Assembly (NCBI GenBank): GCA_002696035.1
Contig: NZQV01000020.1
Location: 14,202-46,201 of the forward strand
Length of the DNA stretch: 32,000 nt
Direction: 5' to 3'
Source: Balneola sp.
GTDB lineage: Bacteria; Bacteroidota; Rhodothermia; Balneolales; Balneolaceae
In this document: piece by piece, positions 18,001 through 25,678 of the stretch
How the letters are laid out: every line of letters starts with the position of its first letter
Position numbering within the stretch: position 1 is the first letter of the stretch
Program-made: the position numbers and the translations under genes
The notes under the pieces: model-generated
The model's database searches: none
Told to the model about the DNA's origin: nothing
What the model saw: only the letters and a program-made list of their open reading frames with translations

Positions 18001-18479
18001 ATAACGCTCCGGAAAACTGGCAAGTAACTACGAATGTGAGAGATGGTGTTGCATATGTATCAATGTTTGGAGCAGAAACCGTGGAGTCGGAACTGTTAGG
18101 AGAACTGGCCTTTGAACTCATCGATAAAACTGAAGTTCAAAATATTGAGGGCAGAATTGTGGTGAATGAAAACCCACCGGTTCAACTTGAGAAACTGACA
18201 CTTAATGATCTCCCAAGGGAATTTAAGGTTTCTCAGAATTACCCAAATCCATTCAACCCAACTACCCAGATCAAATACAGTGTTCCGGAGGATGCAAAAG
18301 TTCAGCTTTTTGTATACAATCTGTTAGGGCAGAAAGTGGCAGAATTGGTGAATGAACAGAAATCGCCGGGCCGATATACCGTAAGCTGGGATGCAGGTAA
18401 CAACTCGAGTGGGGTGTACATGTACCGTCTGGTAGCCGGAGAAAATGTGTTCACCAAGAAAATGATGCTAATCAAATAA
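15078..18479 (+). CDS. T9SS-sorted multidomain surface protein (duplicated N-terminal module, OB-fold-like, CBM4/9-like, cohesin-like, dockerin, cohesin-like, T9SS CTD)
   Basis: 1133 aa with a signal peptide [29 protein letters not shown].
- CBM4_9-like segment at 16719..17213 (PNGSFE...WSIQV...[12 protein letters not shown]...IYIDNLQV).
- Cohesin-like segments at 17271..17573 and 17898..18176.
- Two-repeat dockerin at 17619..17801 ([20 protein letters not shown] ... [23 protein letters not shown]).
- T9SS C-terminal domain at 18216..18476 ([19 protein letters not shown]...GVYMYRL..G....TKKMMLIK). Confidence 0.85.
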   Translation: MLGKKRYKLSKVWAFLFVLMGMGLTANAQMVTGTDTLFYDTETSSWDFYDFSHATAFGIDDTASFDADIRGSSNEGGSFGREYSPEVLENRLYLIGDGGLDTAVTVPEWVDGSPWVSDAWQANGGQPIVTDRLWAIYTQEGTYAIIEFTEIVSGNYYVFDYKYQSDGSRNFEEADFGGGSSGIVEGSATSSSGSGFDFSREETADNHDAGDYLVDFVFVNNEGVNFGNEGSGSIDSTGRRFLLLGEGSIDEVQEVPARTDAEPWVTVSYDATGYQPISVGQLWAVYTREGNYGVIEITDLPGGDFGSSFNFNYKYLDDGSRDFGGSGDTGDPIPDVITIAEARNLAPGELVTIKGIVTSANRIYSNIQQDTAGILTYTPSGENVSGDYFNAIENGDVAIGDSIRITAYREDFQGQKELLDFVDFNVFSRGNPLPQAELLTLDEFFASGDNYNPERIRVNDLSIPGSSIFESGRTYIAVENSTGNNIRFIVPQGNNLAGTEIPAVFEYEGIAGYSTAYSYGANQQLLGLEEFNIIEVEPPIPSDSTAAPNGSFEYSSLGEFMGESPGWFADFDADTGAMGTFEIIDTEFQDGEKALEVSINSVHPEADHWSIQVVNEKFNLVPGNQYELSFWAKSAQSGAVIGGFIQNQDYGNFGTIAQEELSTSWTEYKTTFVANSGDTISTDDSIGRVAIYLNYEANEGKQIYIDNLQVNEIESGPIEGDLYDGALTGAEGQSYFLPLNIELLNGVPLDAFEIKVNFDLSFTEVSLGEQEGTHADYFDIETNSPEPGVLLISGATANGITESGPLMYLEITALSSGTGSIEITDVFFNETSINDASISLDFETGFVCGDVTGDLNVSATDASYVLRHTVKLSPQYPLTGQDSTAADVTGNGWISAYDASQILKYNVGMPAIMNCASAQAKMAPLAVQVDWDYWSEGDEGSEYSVPLSLNDLEGALTAAEIQIPMTEGLKFKGINNAPENWQVTTNVRDGVAYVSMFGAETVESELLGELAFELIDKTEVQNIEGRIVVNENPPVQLEKLTLNDLPREFKVSQNYPNPFNPTTQIKYSVPEDAKVQLFVYNLLGQKVAELVNEQKSPGRYTVSWDAGNNSSGVYMYRLVAGENVFTKKMMLIK
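15213..16049 (+). repeat. intragenic duplication: two copies of an uncharacterised module of about 127 aa
   Basis: Copy A covers aa about 46-172 (...[61 protein letters not shown]...[13 protein letters not shown]). Copy B covers aa about 195-324 (...[62 protein letters not shown]...[13 protein letters not shown]). The similarity is at protein level; the DNA has diverged. Confidence 0.75.
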
Positions 18480-18486
18480 CAGGACG

Positions 18487-20973
18487 ATGAAAAAGATTGC
18501 AGGACTACTATTTATAATTTTTCTTACATCGTATGCTAACCTGGCAATGGGGCAACTCCAAGTCTCGTTGCCAGACCTGGAGATACAGAATGCAGATACC
18601 ACCCTTGAAGTACCAATTACAATTCAAGGACTGGCTCCGGACTCGATCAGCGGCTTTACTTTTGAAGTCACTTTTGATCCCGGGGTAGCCATTGTAACGG
18701 GCCATTCAAAGTCCGGTACCTCATCAGCAGGATTTTCTGTGGTGGGAAATAGTAATTCAGAAACTACGTACAGAGTATCTGGAGCAGGCTCCGATCCAAT
18801 CTATGATAATGGTACTATTCTAAAAATAGAAGTACAGGTAATGGGATCAGGAACTTCTGTACTTGAATTCTCAGAGATCGAGATAAATGAAGGAGAACCG
18901 GCTTTTACATCAAATAATGGAAGCATTACGGTTGGAGGCCTTCCAGGTATTCCTGGTCTGACTTCTCCGGGAAATAACCGCACGGGAATTGCTATCAATA
19001 CAACATTGCATTGGGAATCTGTGCAAGCTGCCAGTAGTTATGAGCTGCAGGTATCGGAGTCTTCAGGTTTTCAAAGTTTGATAGCAGATGAAAGCCTCAC
19101 TTCTGAATCTTTTGCGCTGCAGGGCTTGGATTATACAACAATATATTTTTGGCGGGTTCGGGCCATAAATAGCTCGGGTAGTAGTGACTGGTCGGAGGTA
19201 TTTTCGTTTACCACAAAAGAGGTTCCGCTGCCAGAAGCTCCATCGCTTTCATCTCCTTTGAATGAATCAGAGCAAATTTCTGTCGATGTCATTTTTGATT
19301 GGGAGGAATCCAACTTAGCGGAGCATTATACACTTCAGCTTTCAACTACAACTACCTTTGGATCCGGTTCTCTTACAATTAATGAATCGGTTTCAGAAAC
19401 GACGTATTCAGCAGAAGATCTGAACCATAACACAACCTATTACTGGCGTGTGAAGGCCGAAAATTCAGACGGAGAAAGTGATTGGTCTGATACCTTTTCA
19501 TTCTCCACCATCGTTGAAGCTCCCGGCCTTGCAACACTGATGTTTCCCGCTAATGAAGCCGAAAGCGCAGATACACTTGTCACGCTGGTTTGGGGTGAAG
19601 CTGACAGAGCTGAATCTTATCAGGTGCAGGTGGCCTCAAATAATGATTTCAGTCCTGCTGTTTATGATGGAGAAGTTGCAGATACCGTTTTAAGTATTGG
19701 CGGGTTGAACTTTTCAACGACCTATTACTGGCGGGTAAAATCGCTGAATGCAGGAGGAGAAAGTAATTGGAGCTCAAGAGCTGAATTTACAACCGGAGCT
19801 GCACAAGCGGGTTTGCCAACATTGGCAAGTCCTCAAAACAACGCGACCGGAACCGACACGTCTCTCACTTTTACCTGGAATGCAGGAGAAAATGCGGTTA
19901 GCTACAAAATTCAGGTAGCGAGTGATGTAGAATTCAATTCTGTTGTAAGGGAAGAAAGCAATGTTTCAGGTACTTCCATCACTTTTGATGACTTTGAACA
20001 CGAAGCCCGCTATTATTGGAGGGTGAGAACCAATGCTGAGAATACAACTTCGGGTTGGTCCAGTACCTTCAATTTTACAACACTTGAGAAAGAAAACAAG
20101 CCGCCAGTAGTGGAAAACCCGATGGGAAGTATTTCACTATCAGAAGATTTTGGGAATTCTACCGTGGTTGATCTGAAAACGGTTTTTTCGGATGATCAGA
20201 CATCGCAATTATCATTTGAACTCATCGATTTCACAGAGCAAATATTTACCGCTGTCATTAATGAAAATTCAGAATTGATTTTAACATCGATTGAAGATCA
20301 ATTTGGTAATGCGAAGGTTGTGGTAAGTGCCAGTGATGAAGATGGGGCTACCATTCAAGATACCCTCGATGTAACTATTGATCCTGTAAACGATTTACCC
20401 GAGTTTGTTCAAATTCCCGATACCGTTCGGTTTACCAGCGGGGAAGAATATACCCTTCAATATGGAAACATTGCAGCAGATGTAGAAGATGAGTTCTCAG
20501 ACCTTACCTTCAGTTTTAACATAGAGCCGGAAGAATTAACCTTTGAAGTATCCGTTTCAGCTACTGAGATCACCATTTCTTCATCTGATTTTGTGGGGGA
20601 AGGGGTACTTACTTTCAGTGTGGAAGATTCTGATGGCGGAAGAATTGAGGGAAGTATTGTGTTGGTGGTTGAGACGGGCACTTCATCGGAGTTACAAGAA
20701 ACAGTTCCGGAAGAATTTGTCTTATCTCAGAACTTTCCCAATCCATTCAACCCGACCACCCAAATTCAATATCAGCTGCCCGAAGCTGCTTCGGTCCAGT
20801 TCAGAGTGTTTGATATGACGGGGCGTATCGTTCATGATGCAGGAGTTGAGCGGAGATCAGCCGGTTCGTATACGCTTTCATTCGATGCCGAATCTCTTTC
20901 AAGTGGTATTTATCTCTACCAAATTAAGGCCGGATCATTTAGTGAGACAAAAATCATGACATTGATAAAATAA
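18487..20973 (+). CDS. T9SS-sorted surface protein (N-terminal cohesin-like domain, 4 FN3-like repeats, cadherin-like modules, T9SS CTD)
   Basis: 828 aa, starting 7 nt after the previous gene.
- Signal peptide MKKIAGLLFIIFLTSYANLAMG.
- Cohesin-like domain at aa 24-150 (TLEVPITIQGLAPDSISGFTFEVTFDPGV...GTILKIEVQVMGSGTSVLEFS).
- Four repeats of about 95 aa, each ending YYWRV.A....S.WS..F.F.T.
- Two modules ending in VNDLP-type motifs.
- CTD at 20713..20970 ([19 protein letters not shown]...GIYLYQI.AG.F.ETKIMTLIK). Confidence 0.85.
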   Translation: MKKIAGLLFIIFLTSYANLAMGQLQVSLPDLEIQNADTTLEVPITIQGLAPDSISGFTFEVTFDPGVAIVTGHSKSGTSSAGFSVVGNSNSETTYRVSGAGSDPIYDNGTILKIEVQVMGSGTSVLEFSEIEINEGEPAFTSNNGSITVGGLPGIPGLTSPGNNRTGIAINTTLHWESVQAASSYELQVSESSGFQSLIADESLTSESFALQGLDYTTIYFWRVRAINSSGSSDWSEVFSFTTKEVPLPEAPSLSSPLNESEQISVDVIFDWEESNLAEHYTLQLSTTTTFGSGSLTINESVSETTYSAEDLNHNTTYYWRVKAENSDGESDWSDTFSFSTIVEAPGLATLMFPANEAESADTLVTLVWGEADRAESYQVQVASNNDFSPAVYDGEVADTVLSIGGLNFSTTYYWRVKSLNAGGESNWSSRAEFTTGAAQAGLPTLASPQNNATGTDTSLTFTWNAGENAVSYKIQVASDVEFNSVVREESNVSGTSITFDDFEHEARYYWRVRTNAENTTSGWSSTFNFTTLEKENKPPVVENPMGSISLSEDFGNSTVVDLKTVFSDDQTSQLSFELIDFTEQIFTAVINENSELILTSIEDQFGNAKVVVSASDEDGATIQDTLDVTIDPVNDLPEFVQIPDTVRFTSGEEYTLQYGNIAADVEDEFSDLTFSFNIEPEELTFEVSVSATEITISSSDFVGEGVLTFSVEDSDGGRIEGSIVLVVETGTSSELQETVPEEFVLSQNFPNPFNPTTQIQYQLPEAASVQFRVFDMTGRIVHDAGVERRSAGSYTLSFDAESLSSGIYLYQIKAGSFSETKIMTLIK
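18943..20082 (+). repeat. four tandem FN3-like repeats of about 95 aa (protein-level)
   Basis: The repeat ends are marked by YFWRVRAINSSGSSDWSEVFSFTT, YYWRVKAENSDGESDWSDTFSFST, YYWRVKSLNAGGESNWSSRAEFTT and YYWRVRTNAENTTSGWSSTFNFTT. Each is preceded by a SP.N......V.F.W......Y.LQV motif. Confidence 0.8.
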
Positions 20974-21069
20974 TTTTCAGCAGGTTTTTGGATGTGTAAG
21001 GATTTAAAATGGGTTTTGGGTACAAAGATCTGATTTTACCTCTTTAACCAACAGGAAGTAAAATTGGGG

Positions 21070-21103
21070 AAAAACCACATTCTGAAATGAGTGTGGTTTT
21101 TTT
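21070..21103 (+). terminator. Rho-independent terminator after the T9SS cargo genes
   Basis: AAAAACCACA (21070..21079) pairs with TGTGGTTTTT (21092..21101) across a 12-nt loop, and the T run continues to 21103. It lies 97 nt after the stop at 20973. Confidence 0.6.
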
Positions 21104-21151
21104 ATGAATTCAGCTTAAAATAAATTTTGCTGTCTCAGGAAAAATTTATGG

Positions 21152-21240
21152 AATGTGGATAATTAAATTTATCAGAATTAAAAAATCAATAATAATATTG
21201 TTTTTATCTCTAATTATTTTGATTTGTAAAATGTGGATAA
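21152..21240 (+). promoter_or_regulatory. pair of identical 11-mers AATGTGGATAA, each containing a perfect DnaA-box 9-mer (complement TTATCCACA), in an AT-rich promoter region
   Basis: TGTGGATAA occurs at 21154..21162 and 21232..21240, in the same orientation and 78 bp apart. The second copy ends 71 nt upstream of the ATG at 21312. The 11-nt identity extends to AATGTGGATAA at 21152..21162 and 21230..21240. Confidence 0.5.
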
Positions 21241-21311
21241 CTCTTTTATAATAGGCCTTGATTGATATCATTAATTACAGTAGGCTTTATTAACCATTTA
21301 AAGTATTAGTT

Positions 21312-23123
21312 ATGAATCGGGTACATGTCGGGGTTTTGGTAATAGGGATTCTGCTATCATATTCGGTATCGGGGTTAGCACAGACAACGAGCAATCGGAT
21401 GGCCGCTCCAGATGAAGCTGAGGAAGCTTCAAAGTATGAACAGTACTACGAAGTGATATTAGATCGCTCTTTACGTGAATATTATGATAGGGGAACTTAT
21501 ATCGTTGATGTGAAAGCCATTATCGAACGAGTTATGGTAGCAAAGGGATACGATATGGTAGAATCCCCACCAAATATAGAAATAGAAAACCTGCCTGGAT
21601 TACCTGTAATTCCTCCTAACTTAAGGAATAATCAAAATCAGGATAGTTTAAAGGTTTCTGGTTTTGATTCAAGATATAAGCTTACAGGGCTAAATGTAAA
21701 GGTGCTTGTTGATACATCCTACTCTGAGGAGGATATTGAGTTTATTGAAGAAGCCGCAGCCATGATATCTAATGCTGACTTATTGAGAGGAGATGTTATT
21801 GAAGTAACCGAAAGGGTTTTTCCAGGGATAGAGAGGACTCGTATTCAAACTCAGTCAGAATTGGATACTAATGGCGGCGATATTGAAGAGGCAGAACCTG
21901 AATTAAATAGGTTTTTGGGAATGAATTGGAATGATCCAAAGCAGCTTTTATATGTTATTTTTGGGTTAGGGCTTTTACTTTTTGGTCTTCTGTTATTCTT
22001 GTCTTTTCGAAAGCGCAGACCAACAGAGTTTGATGAAAATAGGACTCGTTATCAGCAACCCCCAGAGTTTAATCCACTATCTCAAGGCAATGAAAATAAT
22101 AATGGAAAAGAGTCAAATGAGGTGCGCGAAATCAATACTGACAAGCAGCAACAGTTTGAAAAGGACAAAATGTACATTACTAATACATGTGTAAGTGAGC
22201 CGCAGATGGTAGCAAATCTTGTTTCAGGTTGGATAGAGGATGATAAAGAGGAAGGTGTAGTACGGGCGGTCCGACAGGTTTATAGCGTTGATCATAAGTT
22301 GTTGAATATTTTAGAAGATCATCTTACTGATGAACAATATAATTCTATACAGTTTGGCCTTTCAAATATTGACTCTATTCCTATTGAAGAAAAAGTAGAG
22401 GAAGTTGCTCAGTTTAAGAAGAGTATACAGGGCATAAAAAAAGAACGTCAAAAGAAAGATTCTGAATCAAACCTGTTCGGTTTCTTAAAACAGCTTACCA
22501 ATCAGCAATTGGTGCATTTGGTTAAAGGGGAGTCAGATGAGATGACTGCAATACTGCTAGCCCAGGTTGCAGGAGAGCGTTCAGGCTATGTGTTGCAAAA
22601 AATGAAGGAACAGAAACGCATTTCGGTTGTCTTAAAAATGGGCAAGATCAACAATATTCCCGTGTCTATATATAAAAGAGTGGCAGCTCATTTTTCTTCG
22701 AAGGCATTGTCAGTATCTGATATGAAATTTGTAGCTGCAGATGGGGTTGAATCTATACTCGCCACTATAGACAGTATGCCAGTGAGCAAGCAGGAGGAGT
22801 TCGTAAATTCAATCGCAGAGCAAGATATAGAATTGGCCAAAAAGATTAGAAAGTACTTTGTAGCTTTCGAAGATATTCCGGATATGGAAGATGACTTATT
22901 GCAAAAAAGCATTGAAAATATTGGCACAGAAGACCTTGTCCCCGCACTTTTTGGAGCTGATAAAGATGTTCAGAAGAAAATACTCCAAGTGCGTCCTAAG
23001 AGAGAGCAACAGCTGATTATTTCAGAATTAAATAATACGAATGAGTTAAGTAAATCTGAAGTAGAGCAAGCCAGAAAAGAATTACTAAAAGTAATCCGAA
23101 ATCATCTAAAAAAAGTAGGCTGA
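21312..23123 (+). CDS. bitopic membrane protein: FliF C-terminal-like periplasmic segment, TM helix, full-length FliG-like cytoplasmic domain (rotor-like fusion)
   Basis: 603 aa.
- N-terminal signal/TM segment VHVGVLVIGILLSYSVSGLAQ.
- Periplasmic LNVKVLVDTSYSEEDIEFIEEAAAMISNADLLRGDVIEVTERVF (nt about 21684..21827). This parallels the Salmonella FliF segment RLSVAVVVN...QIEDLTREAMGF..KRGDTLNVVNSPF, which precedes FliF TM2.
- TM helix LLYVIFGLGLLLFGLLLFLSF (21942..22007).
- Cytoplasmic aa about 296-603, FliG-like: LVHLVKGESDEMTAILLAQVAGERSGYVLQKMKEQKRISVVLKMGKI (M-domain pattern L..EHPQ.IALIL..L....AA.VL..L......V..RIA), AADGVESILATID....QEEFVNSIAEQDIELAKKIRKYFVAFEDI and LLQKSIENIGTEDLVPALFGADKDVQKKILQVRPKREQQLIISEL....ELSKSEVEQARKELLKVIR (C-domain pattern). 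Confidence 0.7.
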   Translation: MNRVHVGVLVIGILLSYSVSGLAQTTSNRMAAPDEAEEASKYEQYYEVILDRSLREYYDRGTYIVDVKAIIERVMVAKGYDMVESPPNIEIENLPGLPVIPPNLRNNQNQDSLKVSGFDSRYKLTGLNVKVLVDTSYSEEDIEFIEEAAAMISNADLLRGDVIEVTERVFPGIERTRIQTQSELDTNGGDIEEAEPELNRFLGMNWNDPKQLLYVIFGLGLLLFGLLLFLSFRKRRPTEFDENRTRYQQPPEFNPLSQGNENNNGKESNEVREINTDKQQQFEKDKMYITNTCVSEPQMVANLVSGWIEDDKEEGVVRAVRQVYSVDHKLLNILEDHLTDEQYNSIQFGLSNIDSIPIEEKVEEVAQFKKSIQGIKKERQKKDSESNLFGFLKQLTNQQLVHLVKGESDEMTAILLAQVAGERSGYVLQKMKEQKRISVVLKMGKINNIPVSIYKRVAAHFSSKALSVSDMKFVAADGVESILATIDSMPVSKQEEFVNSIAEQDIELAKKIRKYFVAFEDIPDMEDDLLQKSIENIGTEDLVPALFGADKDVQKKILQVRPKREQQLIISELNNTNELSKSEVEQARKELLKVIRNHLKKVG

Positions 23124-23127
23124 TAAG

Positions 23128-24219
23128 ATGAGAATATTTCTGCTAATAATGTTAATGGTGATTGGATTCCTTCAGCCGGGGCAAGCACAAAAAGAACTAA
23201 GGGAAGCTGAAAGGCGTGCTGAAACTTATATGATGAGTCGGATATCAGATCAATTAAGTACAGAGTTGAGTGATCTTCCAATAAATATCAGGCGAATGGC
23301 AATTTATAAGATAAATTATAACAGTAATAGATTTAGCAATGAGTCGATCGCTTTTATAAAAGGGGAAATCGAAACTGTATTTAAGGAGCATTCGCCAGTC
23401 TCAGTCATCTCACCACCTGAATTGGACCCGACTGATAAACTCAAAATTGTTGGGACAGATTCAACTTTGAAATTGATGAACATAAAAGGCCGCTCCTTAG
23501 CAGACATGTCACCTGAATTATTGGAAAGTGTTGCCAATAAATATTTATTAAGTGGACTTGCTGAGCTTACTTTGCAACGCCATTTTACAGAAGGGTTAGT
23601 AGTACAAATTCGAATTATGAGTCCTCAATCTCGTGAAATCGTATGGACGAGAAGTATAGTCGCATATCCCGTAGGAATTCAGGAAAAAGATAATACCGGA
23701 AAAAATGTGGTCATAAGGTTTGGAACCACGGTAATGAGTAATGAATTTTATACCAATCCTATCGCATCAAATATTGAGAACTCAGTCGAAACCTCCTCTT
23801 TAAATTACAATTTTAACTTTGGGTATCGTCAGTCATTCAATGAAGAGAATAGTGGATATCTTGGGTTTTATACAGGCTTTAATATTATTCGGTCAAATGC
23901 GAGTGAGGAGTTTGAGGCTGACTTTTGGGAATTGGGCATTTCTTTTGACCAGGCAATTTCTATGAAAAATGAACAGATTAATGACTATCGGGTAATGCTT
24001 GGTGTTGATTCCTCAGTTTGGTTGGCTATGGGAGATAACAAAGGTAACCTTATTACATTTAACCCCTCTTTAATATTGAATATGACCAAAAATATAGGCT
24101 TTGAATTATATGGTCAATACTTTTTAGGTGATCGGGCATTTACAAGTGATGATGTAAGTAGTAACACATACACATATGGACAATTTGGATATGGAGTGAA
24201 AGCCTATGTACAATTTTAA
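23128..24219 (+). CDS. secreted protein, probable outer-membrane beta-barrel with an N-terminal alpha/beta periplasmic module
   Basis: 363 aa, starting 4 nt after the previous stop. It has a signal peptide MRIFLLIMLMVIGFLQPGQAQ. The C-terminal half has alternating aromatic/polar beta-strand patterns (LNYNFNFGYRQSF, GYLGFYTGFNII, IGFELYGQYFLG) and the terminal ...YGVKAYVQF, where the C-terminal Phe is typical of BAM substrates. The N-terminal part (RRMAIYKINYN...GLAELTLQRHFTEGLVVQIRIMSPQSREIVW) loosely recalls FlgO/CsgG/LpoB-type modules, but this is a weak inference. Confidence 0.55.
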   Translation: MRIFLLIMLMVIGFLQPGQAQKELREAERRAETYMMSRISDQLSTELSDLPINIRRMAIYKINYNSNRFSNESIAFIKGEIETVFKEHSPVSVISPPELDPTDKLKIVGTDSTLKLMNIKGRSLADMSPELLESVANKYLLSGLAELTLQRHFTEGLVVQIRIMSPQSREIVWTRSIVAYPVGIQEKDNTGKNVVIRFGTTVMSNEFYTNPIASNIENSVETSSLNYNFNFGYRQSFNEENSGYLGFYTGFNIIRSNASEEFEADFWELGISFDQAISMKNEQINDYRVMLGVDSSVWLAMGDNKGNLITFNPSLILNMTKNIGFELYGQYFLGDRAFTSDDVSSNTYTYGQFGYGVKAYVQF

Positions 24220-24832
24220 AGAATTATCAACCTGTTTAATATTGATTTTTTTGGCTCAATCTTGTGCACCTACTGAGAGAGGTATCTCTGAGGGAGGAGG
24301 ACAATATTATACACTGGATGAGCTGCGTCAATTAGATCAGATTACTGAAGAAAAAAATGATAAAGTTATTCTGAACTACAAAAATGAAAGTTCGGGAATA
24401 CAAATTCGTCTTGATCCAGAAAAGGATGAATTTTTTCTAGACCTGAAAGGAATGCAACCGGCAGAAAAAGATACTGTTATAATTGCGGACTCGACACTCA
24501 TCGAAAACCGTGAAAGAGATATTCAAACAGTACTTTCTAAATTCAGAAATGCTCAGGATCTATTTTACCTGGAAGAATATACAGAAGCCTTGAGGTTGCT
24601 AAATGAAACACTCCAAATTGCTGAAACAGCAGATGCATACGCTCTCAAAGGAACCATTCATTTTATGATGGGTAATCAAAATGCAACCCGTGAAAATTGG
24701 AATCGTGCAGTCCAGATCAATCCTGACTTGCCTATACCAAGTATTCCGGAGCTCGAAACTATTATTGAAGATATTAAGCAGGAAGAAGGTATAGAGCCTT
24801 CAGCTGAAGATCAGGAACAAGAAGAACAGTAA
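24206..24832 (+). CDS. probable lipoprotein with a TPR repeat and an acidic C-terminal tail
   Basis: 208 aa, overlapping the previous gene by 14 nt. The signal sequence has a lipobox-like LIFLAQSC. A TPR-like segment reads YLEEYTEALRLLNETLQIAETADAYALKGTIHFMMGNQNATRENWNRAVQINPD. The C-terminus is EEGIEPSAEDQEQEEQ. Confidence 0.6.
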   Translation: MYNFKELSTCLILIFLAQSCAPTERGISEGGGQYYTLDELRQLDQITEEKNDKVILNYKNESSGIQIRLDPEKDEFFLDLKGMQPAEKDTVIIADSTLIENRERDIQTVLSKFRNAQDLFYLEEYTEALRLLNETLQIAETADAYALKGTIHFMMGNQNATRENWNRAVQINPDLPIPSIPELETIIEDIKQEEGIEPSAEDQEQEEQ

Positions 24833-24846
24833 GAGGAGATCAATTA

Positions 24847-25677
24847 ATGAGGTTATCGTTAACGAACATTTTTGGGGTATTATTTAGTATAGGGATTTTG
24901 GTTTTTGGGATATTAGAGGTGACTGGAGCTACATCTTATATAGAATCTATTCCTATACTTTCCGATTATCAATTTTTAAATATTCCAAGTCTATTTATTG
25001 TGATGGGAGGGGTTTTGAATGCTGTCTTTATAACGTATCAACCTCGTTATGTAGGTAAGGCATTTTTGAGTTTATTCTATTTTTTTAGTCAGGCTAAAAC
25101 CAATTCTAAAGCTTTAGAGAATGATCTGGATAATATTCTGGAATGGAATGAGCAGATCCGTGATAACCGGGTTCAGGCATTATCTAAATTTGAAGAAGAG
25201 CATCAGGACGAGATCGAGGGGTTTTTATTTTCTTTGATAAGTACGAATTATAACAATGAAGAAATTCGTGATTTTGGCTCTAATAATATCGAAGAACAAT
25301 ATTTTCGTAAAATGGTTGTGGTTGATGTGCTTAGGGCAATGGGCGGTGCAGCACCCTCATTCGGGATGTTTGGTACATTATTCGGACTAGTGGTTATGTT
25401 GGGCGAACTTGATAACCCATCAGCTATGGGGCCTGGACTTGCCGCTGCCCTGATCACCACGCTGTATGGAATTGCCTTGGCTAGATTCATTTTCTATCCG
25501 ATGGCAGAAAAACTTAAAAACATAGCGCAGATGAATAAATTTAGGGAGTACTTTATTTTAGAAGGTATACTCCTTATCAATGAGAAAAAGTCATCATTCT
25601 ATATTAAAGATAAAATGAAGACATATTTACAAAGAGATTTTAAAAGAGAAGAAGAGTTAGAGCTGCAAGGGGTATAA
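24847..25677 (+). CDS. MotA/PomA-type (4-TM) proton/ion channel stator subunit
   Basis: 276 aa. Two N-terminal TM segments are followed by a cytoplasmic loop of about 100 aa. Next comes GGAAPSFGMFGTLFGLVVMLGELDNPSAMGPGLAAALITTLYGIALARFIFYPMAEKL, the MotA_ExbB core, with both conserved prolines in the positions of E. coli MotA P173 and P222. Confidence 0.85.
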   Translation: MRLSLTNIFGVLFSIGILVFGILEVTGATSYIESIPILSDYQFLNIPSLFIVMGGVLNAVFITYQPRYVGKAFLSLFYFFSQAKTNSKALENDLDNILEWNEQIRDNRVQALSKFEEEHQDEIEGFLFSLISTNYNNEEIRDFGSNNIEEQYFRKMVVVDVLRAMGGAAPSFGMFGTLFGLVVMLGELDNPSAMGPGLAAALITTLYGIALARFIFYPMAEKLKNIAQMNKFREYFILEGILLINEKKSSFYIKDKMKTYLQRDFKREEELELQGV

Positions 25678-25678
25678 C

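Noticed and set aside
13100-20818. Assorted 60-114-aa ORFs nested in or antisense to the three large genes (for example 13100..13360, 15231..15569, 17405..17749, 18801..18998, 20543..20818)
   Set aside because: All lie inside long, domain-rich ORFs on the plus strand. Their translations lack motifs and are compositionally typical of off-frame reads.
21104-21311. Chromosomal replication origin (AT-rich region with DnaA boxes)
   Set aside because: There are only two boxes, and no dnaA/dnaN/gidA-type neighbours. I could not identify a clear DUE-like AT-rich 13-mer array beyond general AT-richness. It is reported instead as a regulatory candidate.
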